Shown piece after piece: positions 10,135 through 17,727 of a DNA stretch of 36,453 bases. A program made the position numbers and the translations under genes. The DNA is taken from the NCBI GenBank assembly GCA_031367385.1, contig JANLPS010000560.1:1-36453 (forward strand). The letters are read 5' to 3'. Positions within the stretch are counted from its first letter, which is position 1, and each line of letters opens with the position of its first letter. The notes under the pieces were generated by a model. That model had not been told where the DNA came from. It did not search any database and saw only the letters and a list, made by a program, of their open reading frames with translations. The stretch is from Archangium sp. GTDB lineage: Bacteria > Myxococcota > Myxococcia > Myxococcales > Myxococcaceae.

Positions 10135-11451
10135 ATGAACCGCATGATTCTCAGCTTGTCGCTCTGCTCGATGGCGGCGTTTGGCGCCCAGAACACCCTC
10201 GAAGAAGCCAAGGCGGAGTTCGAAAAAGAGCTGCCGGGTGTGCTCAAAGACTTGAATGAGCGCTGCGGCACCGAGATTTCGACGGTGCAAACCGAGCTCG
10301 AGAACATCAAGAAGCCCGGAGACGCGGCGGGCATCTGCATCTACACGCTCAAGGGCATCGAGCGTTTCTGCCGAGCGCCCATTTACGCGAAGGCGCTGGC
10401 CAAGGAGCTCAAGAGCGTCTCGTGCGTTCGTACGGGCGCGCAAGACAGCGACAGCGATACCCTCAAAGGGGGCGCCTCGGTGTGCGCGATGCGCAACATG
10501 GGCCTGAGCAAAGGGGCGTTCACCGTGCGCCTGGCCAACTGCGTGAACTCGGCGATCGATGAGAGCGTCGACAAGGTGCTCCGTACCGAGCTCGACAAGG
10601 GGGCCGGTGCTGGCCTGAAACCCTTTCAGGAAGAAGCGAAGGCCGCGTTCGACAAGAAATTGCCCGACGTCTTGGAGTCGCTGAACAAGAAGTGCGGCAC
10701 TGAGATCTCGACCGTGACCACCGACTTCGAGAATTTGCCGGCCGGCGACCGGGGTGGTGCCTGCGTCGAGGTGATCGACGGGCTCGGGTATTTTTGTGAG
10801 AAACCGACCTATGGCAAGGTGTTCGGCAAGGCGCTCACCGGTATTTCGTGCCTGCGTGCCGGTGCGCTGAACCGCCGAGAGAAAGACTCGCTGAAGAGCA
10901 GCGGCGCGAGTGAGTGCTCGCTGCGAAACATGAGCTTCAAGAAGGGCCAGTTCACGGTTCTCGAAGCCGATTGCCACAGCAACGTCACTCAAAGCGTCGA
11001 GCACTTCTTGCGGCAGACCCTCGACTCGACCGAAGGGCCCGGGCTGAAGCCGTTTCAGCAGGCGCTGAAGACGGAGTTCGATGAAGCGGCCGCCAGTGAG
11101 ATTGAAAGCCTGAACGGCAAATGCGGTACCCAGATCTCGAGCATTTCGCTCGACTTCGCGAGCCTTCAGCCTGAGCAGCGCCACGCGGGCGCCATCTGCC
11201 TCTCGGCGTTGGGCGAGGTGGTGTCGAACTGCAGCAGCCCGAAATTCAAGAAGGGCGTCGCCGCGGCGAAGCTGAAGAACGTCAAGTGCGTGATCAACGG
11301 GCCGCCCTGCGGCAAAGACACGTACATGCGAGACGGGTCGATGTCGTGCACGGTGCATGCGCTGAAGGTGAACAAGGGCACATTTTCGATTCAGGTCGAT
11401 GACCGTCTGGGCAACGTGCAGGAGAGCTTGAACCACGTCTTCATGAAGTGA
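10135..11451 (+). CDS. Secreted protein with three tandem ~143-aa six-Cys domains
   Basis: GGAGG RBS before ATG 10135; signal peptide ending AFGA-Q; repeats start at 10201, 10630 and 11059 (LNxxCGTxIS) with GLKPFQ linkers. Confidence 0.85.
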   Translation: MNRMILSLSLCSMAAFGAQNTLEEAKAEFEKELPGVLKDLNERCGTEISTVQTELENIKKPGDAAGICIYTLKGIERFCRAPIYAKALAKELKSVSCVRTGAQDSDSDTLKGGASVCAMRNMGLSKGAFTVRLANCVNSAIDESVDKVLRTELDKGAGAGLKPFQEEAKAAFDKKLPDVLESLNKKCGTEISTVTTDFENLPAGDRGGACVEVIDGLGYFCEKPTYGKVFGKALTGISCLRAGALNRREKDSLKSSGASECSLRNMSFKKGQFTVLEADCHSNVTQSVEHFLRQTLDSTEGPGLKPFQQALKTEFDEAAASEIESLNGKCGTQISSISLDFASLQPEQRHAGAICLSALGEVVSNCSSPKFKKGVAAAKLKNVKCVINGPPCGKDTYMRDGSMSCTVHALKVNKGTFSIQVDDRLGNVQESLNHVFMK

Positions 11452-11513
11452 GGCGTGAGACCGGTACCGAATGAAGCAGGGCATTTCAGGAGTTGGCCGG
11501 GGTAAGAGCGGCC

Positions 11514-12365
11514 ATGCTCACGAAATACGTCGCTTTTGTGCTGGCGGTACTCGCCTTGGGGTGCTCGCAGTCTTCAGCCACCTGCCGCGCCGGCGAACAG
11601 GTGGCGTGTGCCTGTGTTGGTGGGGCGGCAGGGGCCCAAACGTGCAACGACGATGGCAGCAAGTTCTTGGCGTGTCAGTGCCCGATGACGGCAGCGAGCG
11701 ATTCTGGCACCGCACCGACTGACGCTGGAGGCGGGCTCGCCGATGCCGGGTCTCCGCGCGATGCCGGCGCGGCGGTCGATGGTGGGCCAACCACGCGCGT
11801 CGTGTTGAATTGGTGCGATGGCGGGTGCACGGTTCACCCAGGTGCAGACAACATCTCACTCGGGCAGTCGTCGGTCGTGAGCACCACTTCAACGCTGAGC
11901 GAAAACACCTTCGACAGTGTCACCCGGGCGTCGATCGTGGCGTGTGTGCAGAGCAAGTTCGCTGCGTACAACATCTTCATCGACGATCATGCGACCAGCG
12001 CCGTGCACAGAGAGATTCTGCTCGCCGGCACGCCGGGGCAGCTCGGGTTTCCCTCCGGTGTCAGCAACGTTTCGCCCACCAACTGCGCTGGTATCGAGAA
12101 TGCCTATGGTTTTGTCTTCACGGGCACGCTCAACAACGACGTCGCTGCGGCATGCAACGTGACGGCGCTCAGCATTGCCGAGCTGTTGGGGCTCGACCAT
12201 GAGCTGAGCTGCCCCGACCTCACGTCGTACCTCACCGGCTGCGGTGCGAAGTCATTCACAGACGTTGACGCTGGCTGTGGCGAGACCACGGCGCGTGCGT
12301 GCGCCTGCGGGCCGAGTCAGAACAGCCATCAATTGCTGCTCGAGCGCCTGCACGCGCACCCGTGA
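11514..12365 (+). CDS. Cys-rich lipoprotein with DAG linker and degenerate metallopeptidase-like C-terminal domain
   Basis: Lipobox LALGC; small Cys-rich module; DAG/DGG linker; LSIAELLGLDH where HExxHxxGxxH would be expected. Confidence 0.75.
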   Translation: MLTKYVAFVLAVLALGCSQSSATCRAGEQVACACVGGAAGAQTCNDDGSKFLACQCPMTAASDSGTAPTDAGGGLADAGSPRDAGAAVDGGPTTRVVLNWCDGGCTVHPGADNISLGQSSVVSTTSTLSENTFDSVTRASIVACVQSKFAAYNIFIDDHATSAVHREILLAGTPGQLGFPSGVSNVSPTNCAGIENAYGFVFTGTLNNDVAAACNVTALSIAELLGLDHELSCPDLTSYLTGCGAKSFTDVDAGCGETTARACACGPSQNSHQLLLERLHAHP

Positions 12366-12705
12366 CCGTGCAGCGTGGGCACAGTGCCGCGAGTGCGCCC
12401 TCAATAAGGTCGAACCATCACCCCTCGAACCGAGTGCGAACCAGCGAGTGGGTCGAAAGCCGGTGTCGCGGCCTTAAATAAGCCGCCCCTCGCCTCCAAC
12501 ATCGAAGCGCCGCTGACCCGAGCGTGCCTGTGGCAGTTTCCGGCTTGCCATGAACCGGGGCGCTCGAATTCAGACCCTCGAGTCTCTCTCCGCGGACGGT
12601 CGGTGTTGGGCAACCGCCTCAAAAAACTCGAATTTCGAGCGGCATCGCTTTTGAACCGGTCTCGACACGCCAATGCCTTCGCACGGGCGAACCTGGAGAA
12701 CAAAA

Positions 12706-13560
12706 ATGCCGCCGCGAGGGATCACCCCGTTCACGTCGAAGAAGAGTGCTGCTGCCCTGGCGGGTTCGCTGGAAGCAGTCGTCGGGCTGCTTCGCATGAA
12801 GGACAACGAAACGGCCGAAGTGGCCGCCAGGAAGCTCAAACAGACCCATGCGTTGTTTGGCCCGGCAACCGAGTCTGCCGAGCGTGACCAGGCCGCGAAG
12901 GCGAAATGCATTCTCGCGAGCAAGGCGGCCGCGGAGGCGCTCGCAGGGTTCAATGCGACGGCCACCGGCTACGGCGGGGTCATGCGGTGCACTGGGTTGA
13001 AGTTCATCACGACGCAGGGCGACGCGAGCGAGATCGCCACGTCGCAGATCATCCCCGCGCTCGAGCGGATGGACCTTCAGCTCGCCAGAAACCTGGCCGC
13101 CCTCGGGTCCTCGCTCGTCGAGGAATTTCACGAGGCCAAGCTCACTGAGGCGAAAGTCTCGCAGCGGGCCGCCGCCAGCGCCTCGCAGTGGTCGCGGTTG
13201 TATGCCGAGATCACCGTGCGAATTCGCGAAGCGCGCGCGATTCAGACGGCGAACGGCCTCGACGTACCGAAGAAACGGCGAAAGCCTGGAGCGGGACGGC
13301 CCAGAGCGGTCCGGCCGGCCTCTGCAGAGGATGAGCGGGGGCCTGCTGATCTTGACTCAGGTCAAGGCGAGCCCGGGCGGCCGCAGGCAGTGTCGGTCGC
13401 ATCAACGGGCCTCGGCCCACCACTGACCCCCGGAGCCTCGTATGAAGCGTACTTTGTCGTATCTCGTCACCCTGACCGTCCTCAACGGGCCCCTCAGCTC
13501 GGCGGCACAGCCCCTGGAGACCCCGCAGGCGCCATCACGCGTGGAGCTGACGTCCCTTGA
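12706..13560 (+). CDS. Hypothetical helical protein; the C-terminal ~90 aa may be read-through
   Basis: GGAGAA RBS before ATG 12706; Ala/Lys/Glu-rich helical body ending in KKRRKP; the Pro-rich tail overlaps the next gene's regulatory region and start. Confidence 0.6.
   Translation: MPPRGITPFTSKKSAAALAGSLEAVVGLLRMKDNETAEVAARKLKQTHALFGPATESAERDQAAKAKCILASKAAAEALAGFNATATGYGGVMRCTGLKFITTQGDASEIATSQIIPALERMDLQLARNLAALGSSLVEEFHEAKLTEAKVSQRAAASASQWSRLYAEITVRIREARAIQTANGLDVPKKRRKPGAGRPRAVRPASAEDERGPADLDSGQGEPGRPQAVSVASTGLGPPLTPGASYEAYFVVSRHPDRPQRAPQLGGTAPGDPAGAITRGADVP
13351..13366. promoter_or_regulatory. Crp/Fnr-type palindromic binding site
   Basis: CTTGAC-TCAG-GTCAAG perfect inverted repeat with FNR-like TTGA.-N4-.TCAA geometry, 75 nt upstream of ATG 13442 and near a Crp/Fnr gene. 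Confidence 0.6.
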
Positions 13561-14028
13561 CGTCGCGATACCCGCCTCAAGGAGCAACAGCTCCTGCTCT
13601 CGGGCCTCTGGGCCTTCGCGACCCTCAACTATCTCACCTGCGACCTCGTCGGCCTGATGGATTCGAAGCTCCTCGCGCAATACGCGACCGGCACCGTCAA
13701 CGGCCTCACCATGACCCAGGGGTTCTTGCTGGCCTCGACCCTGCTGATGGAGATACCCATCTCGATGGTGGTGCTCTCGAGCGTTCTCGGCCCCAAGCCC
13801 GCGCGCATCGCGAACGTCGTCACCGGCGCGCTGATGACCCTGGTTCAAGGCGCGAGCCTCTTCGCTGGCAAGCCCACCCCGTATTACCTGGCGAGCAGCA
13901 TCATCGAGATCGCGACCACCACCTTCATCACGGTCTACTCGCTGTTGTCTTTCAAGGTGCCACCCGTGGTGCCCCTGGTGCAAGTCAGCAAAGAGTCGAC
14001 CAGCGTCGGCGTGCGCTTCATTTTTTAG
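13442..14028 (+). pseudogene. DUF6326-like membrane protein split by a frameshift (or sequencing indel)
   Basis: GGAG plus ATG 13442 gives a signal-like N-terminus; the family-like segment LSGLWAFATLNYLTCDLVGLMD...TQGFLLASTLLMEIPISMVVLS lies in a different frame open from 13561 to TAG 14028. Confidence 0.65.
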
Positions 14029-14611
14029 TGCGTGCCTGCTTCACCAGGCGTCGGCGAATGCGACTGAGCGACTCGGGCCTCACGCCCACGTAGCTGGCCA
14101 CCTGGTACAAGGGCACCCGCTCGAGCAAGCCCGGCCGATCACGGCGCAAGCTGAGGTACCGTTCCTCGGGAGAAGCCGCGACGTACGAGGCGAGGCGGGT
14201 CTGCTCATCGGCCAGCAGGGGCTCGACCACCAACCGCGAGACCACTTGGAGCCGCGGGTGCTCTCGAAAGAGTGTCTCTTCGCGCGTCTGGTCACCGACC
14301 ACGACCGTGCTGTCTTCAGCGCAGACCAGCGAGTGCTCGGCAGGCGCCTGTCGCAACATGCTGGCGAGCGAAATCACCCATTGGCTCTGGGTGAAGAACC
14401 CGAGCGTGCGCTCCTCGCCGCCGACGAGTGAATACTGGCGAATGCAGCCGCTCAGTACGAAGTAGGCCGAGGTGCTGACCTGCCCTTCTTCGAGCAAGAC
14501 CGTCCCTGCCGGGTAGGCGCGTACCAACATGCTCCGCTCGATGGCAGCCGCCTCGTCGTCGCTCACCGCCGCGAGCTTTCGAAACGCTTCGACCAACAGC
14601 GCTCGACTCAC
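14018..14611 (-). CDS. Crp/Fnr family transcriptional regulator
   Basis: cNMP-binding fold ([18 protein letters not shown]) and [24 protein letters not shown]. Confidence 0.92.
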   Translation of the reverse strand: MSRALLVEAFRKLAAVSDDEAAAIERSMLVRAYPAGTVLLEEGQVSTSAYFVLSGCIRQYSLVGGEERTLGFFTQSQWVISLASMLRQAPAEHSLVCAEDSTVVVGDQTREETLFREHPRLQVVSRLVVEPLLADEQTRLASYVAASPEERYLSLRRDRPGLLERVPLYQVASYVGVRPESLSRIRRRLVKQARTKK

Positions 14612-15237
14612 CGCGGGCTCCGGTCGCGGCGGTCGCCGATGATTTGGGCGGGCACACCGCCGACGATGGCGTACTCGGGCACGTCGCGGGTGACGACGGC
14701 GCCCATGGCGATGACGGCGTGGTCTGCGATGCGAACTCCATCGGTGATGCCGGCCTGCGCACCGACCCAGACGTCTTCGCCAATCACGATGCCCTTCGAT
14801 TTCACGGGCTGTTCTCGAATCGGCCGGTCGGCCGCGTGGCCGTGGTCGAAGGCGTAGATGCAGACGCCGGTGGCGATGCGCGTGCCTGCGCCCACAGAGA
14901 GCCCTGCCGAGCCTCCGTCGAGGCTTGCGCGGGCGTTGATGCTCACGTCATCGCCCAGGGTCAGCGTGCCGTGCAGAAAGACCTGGGCGGCGATGGCGCA
15001 GCGAGCACCGATCACCACCGGCCGGCGAACCTCGGCGAAGATCGCGGCCTCAGGAGAGATGAACGAGCCCGCTGCGATGGTCACGGTCTCTTCTTCTTGA
15101 AGCGCCCGCTGCAGCTCCGCCTGCCACTCGGCAGCCCAGACCAGGTGCTTGGGCTTCAGCGTGAAGTAGAGCCACGGCATCCACGAGAGGCGCTTCATGT
15201 GCTGCGCGCGAAATCGCTCGGGAGATGGGTCGGTCAT
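14608..15237 (-). CDS. Hexapeptide-repeat (LbH) acyltransferase
   Basis: [50 protein letters not shown] coupling to the Crp gene. Confidence 0.92.
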   Translation of the reverse strand: MTDPSPERFRAQHMKRLSWMPWLYFTLKPKHLVWAAEWQAELQRALQEEETVTIAAGSFISPEAAIFAEVRRPVVIGARCAIAAQVFLHGTLTLGDDVSINARASLDGGSAGLSVGAGTRIATGVCIYAFDHGHAADRPIREQPVKSKGIVIGEDVWVGAQAGITDGVRIADHAVIAMGAVVTRDVPEYAIVGGVPAQIIGDRRDRSPR

Positions 15238-15412
15238 GCGCCCTCATCGGTCTACTTGGCGCTCCCCCGCGCAGCAATCGGCCAATTTGCAGGTTCTCGA
15301 AGACTGAGAAGAATCTCCCTCTGAAATCGCCCAATTCCAGCGCAACCACCCGAGCCCGTCACCGATAACTCCAATGACTTTTCCACTCCAACTTCTACCC
15401 AGGAATACCGCT

Positions 15413-15811
15413 ATGAAAATCGATACCGCCGCGACGTTTATGAAGAACGTGACCCGCTTCGCCGACACCAACCGCGACGGCACCCTCGACCAGAAAGAAG
15501 TCGACGCCCTGAACAAGACCCTGAACAAGACCGAGCTCGCGGCGATCGCCAGCGCCGTTCGCGTGCTGCCGGGTCGCACCTCGCTGGTCGGTCTGAAGGT
15601 CGGCGCGTTCGAGAACGTGGTTAACCGAATCGCCGAGCAAGCGCACTACGCCGACGAGGCGGGCACCGGCAAGGGCCGCGACAACGGCTTTCTTTCAATG
15701 TCCGAAGCCAAGGCGATGCGGCTCCAGCAAGACACCAAGTCGGCGATGCTCTCGTTCGCGAAGCTGGCGAACTCGCGCGGCGAGCCGATCTTCATGCACG
15801 CCGACAAGTAA
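15413..15811 (+). CDS. Small EF-hand calcium-binding protein
   Basis: Canonical loop DTNRDGTLDQKE; second extended loop ..DNGFLSMSE; AGGAA RBS before ATG 15413. Confidence 0.75.
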   Translation: MKIDTAATFMKNVTRFADTNRDGTLDQKEVDALNKTLNKTELAAIASAVRVLPGRTSLVGLKVGAFENVVNRIAEQAHYADEAGTGKGRDNGFLSMSEAKAMRLQQDTKSAMLSFAKLANSRGEPIFMHADK

Positions 15812-16906
15812 TCACCTCACAAGGCCTCCCACCGGGAGCCCACTGGGCACTGACGCCGGTACGTTCGTGTCGAATGTGCCGTCGCTCAGCGCATTGAAGA
15901 ACGCTTTCACATCGTTGGCATCTGGGCCCCGTGGCGCGCGAACTCTGCGCAGCTGCGGGTCGAGGTTTTGGTTCACCCGGTTGTAGAAGTTGAAGACCGC
16001 ATCGAGCGAGGTCAGGCTGCCGTTGTGCATGTACGGGCCGGTTCGGCTGACGTTGCGCAGCGAGGCCGTTCGAAAGCTGAGCGTGGCGTCGCCGGTGGTG
16101 TCTGGCACGCCAAGGCGATGCAAATCATAGTCAGAGAACATCGGCCCGCTGTGGCACGCGGTGCACCCGTTCTGGGTCAGCACGTTGAGCCCGTTTCGTT
16201 GCGCGGCGCTCAACGCGGTGGTGTCTCCGGCGACGAAGCGGTCGTACGAGCTGTCGTGATCGACCAGCGTGCGCTCGAACGCCGCGATCGCCGCCTCGAT
16301 GTTCTTCGAAGAGATCGAATCGTTGCCGAACGCGTCGGTAAACCCGGTCACGTACTCGGGTATCGCCTCGAGGCGGGCCACCAGCTCGGGCCAGATGCTC
16401 ACCTCCGTGAAGTGCGACCCGAGCATCTCGTCGACGGCGGTGGTGGGGCCGCCGGCCTGGTTCTCGAGCGAGACCATGCGGTTGTCCCAGAACATCGGGG
16501 CGGTGGCGGGGTTGGGCGCTCCGCCCGCTCGGGTCAGGCCGTTGAAGGCGGCGTTGAGCACGGTCTGCGAGTTTCGTTTCGTCTGGTGCGGGTCGGTCGC
16601 CGAGAGCACCCGGGCCGGGCCCAGGCCTTTGCCCCCGACGCCAATCGACGTTGCACGCCCGTCGCTGTAGGCGAAGTCGGGGTGATGACACGTCGCGCAG
16701 GCGACGTCTCGATTGCCTGACAGCACCGGGTCCCAGAAGAGCTGACGACCGAGGGTGACCTTGGCCGTCGAGGTGGGGTTGCTCGGAGGGTCAGCGACCG
16801 CCGCTGGCACGATGCCCTGGGTCACCGTGTCGGTCGGGTCGACGCCCCCAGGCCCACATGAGACCACAGCACAACAGACACAGACGGCGACCCAGCGATT
16901 CGGCAT
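15812..16906 (-). CDS. Di-heme cytochrome c peroxidase / MauG family lipoprotein
   Basis: LGRQLFWDPVLS, CATCH and CTACH heme motifs, FWDNR, FRTASLRNV..TGPYMHNG; lipobox VVSC. Confidence 0.93.
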   Translation of the reverse strand: MPNRWVAVCVCCAVVSCGPGGVDPTDTVTQGIVPAAVADPPSNPTSTAKVTLGRQLFWDPVLSGNRDVACATCHHPDFAYSDGRATSIGVGGKGLGPARVLSATDPHQTKRNSQTVLNAAFNGLTRAGGAPNPATAPMFWDNRMVSLENQAGGPTTAVDEMLGSHFTEVSIWPELVARLEAIPEYVTGFTDAFGNDSISSKNIEAAIAAFERTLVDHDSSYDRFVAGDTTALSAAQRNGLNVLTQNGCTACHSGPMFSDYDLHRLGVPDTTGDATLSFRTASLRNVSRTGPYMHNGSLTSLDAVFNFYNRVNQNLDPQLRRVRAPRGPDANDVKAFFNALSDGTFDTNVPASVPSGLPVGGLVR

Positions 16907-16954
16907 GTGCACTCCCGGCGTTGACCGAAGAATGACCGATGGAGGGTCAAACCT

Positions 16955-17212
16955 TCACTGACCGCCCTCTTGTTTGGCAGGAGCAGGCCCAAGCTCAGCC
17001 ACGGCCTTGTCGACGGTGACCTGAAAGTGCTCGATCAGGGTCGTGGCTTCTTGGAGGCGCGTGTAGAGCTGCTGCACGTGGGGCCAGGCTTTCTCTTGAT
17101 TCGGCACGGCGTCGGCGGCCGCACGGGCGCTGGCTGAGGCGGTCTCCAGCTCGAGGGCAATCTGCAGCAGGTACTTCTTCACTTCATTCACGGCCTGTTG
17201 CTCGGCGTCCAT
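16955..17212 (-). CDS. Small helical hypothetical protein
   Basis: AAGGGAG RBS before ATG 17212; amphipathic two-helix sequence. Confidence 0.7.
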   Translation of the reverse strand: MDAEQQAVNEVKKYLLQIALELETASASARAAADAVPNQEKAWPHVQQLYTRLQEATTLIEHFQVTVDKAVAELGPAPAKQEGGQ

Positions 17213-17330
17213 CGGTCGCTCCCTTGCGGCACGCACCTTAGCGTCGTCAGTTTTTTTGACCGGCCCTCATATCGACTGTCTGCTCTGGCAATGACAGGGC
17301 TGTAGCCGCCTGTCGCACACCGGAGAACAC

Positions 17331-17564
17331 ATGCACGACGCGAGTCTCGGAATGGCCCCCATGGAAGCGGTATCAGTCGAAGCGCCCCGCGTAACGCCCG
17401 ACAAGGCAGACGTGGTCGTCAGCACCCACGTGTTGGTCGAGCAGGAGAAGGTCGAGAAGCTGCGTGAGCTCTCGAAGCGCACCCGCATCGCGCAAAGCGA
17501 GTACCTGCGTGAGGCGGTCGACGATTTGCTGACCAAGTACACCAAGCTCGCCGAGGAGCCCTAA
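17331..17564 (+). CDS. Ribbon-helix-helix DNA-binding protein (CdbA/CdbB-like)
   Basis: GGAGA RBS; beta-strand VSTHVLV then helices KLRELSKRTRIAQSEYLREAVDDLLTKY. Confidence 0.85.
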   Translation: MHDASLGMAPMEAVSVEAPRVTPDKADVVVSTHVLVEQEKVEKLRELSKRTRIAQSEYLREAVDDLLTKYTKLAEEP

Positions 17565-17714
17565 GTGCGCCCGGCGGTGAGCTTGCCGGTCGATGTGCCG
17601 CAGTACGATTTCAAGGGGCGGAAGCTGAGGGTCGTGCCTGCTTTGGCGAACGAGGTCGATGAGCCATCGCCATTGCATGAGGCGATCGCGAAGTATCTCG
17701 AATCGCTCCCGTGA
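17565..17714 (+). CDS. Unannotated 49-aa protein
   Basis: GAGGAG RBS at 17553-17558; GTG directly after the RHH stop; MRPAVSLPVDVPQYDFKGRKLRVVPALANEVDEPSPLHEAIAKYLESLP; mostly G/C third positions. Confidence 0.6.
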   Translation: MRPAVSLPVDVPQYDFKGRKLRVVPALANEVDEPSPLHEAIAKYLESLP

Positions 17715-17727
17715 CCTGGAGGGGCAG

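Noticed and set aside
12640..12655. Sigma54 promoter CGGCATCGCTTTTGAA upstream of ORF 12706
   Set aside because: GG-N10 spacing fits but the -12 element is GA rather than GC; too weak without TSS data
9919..17250. tRNA-anchored genomic island
   Set aside because: Accessory-looking genes follow the tRNA, but I found no integrase and noticed no duplicated tRNA 3' end
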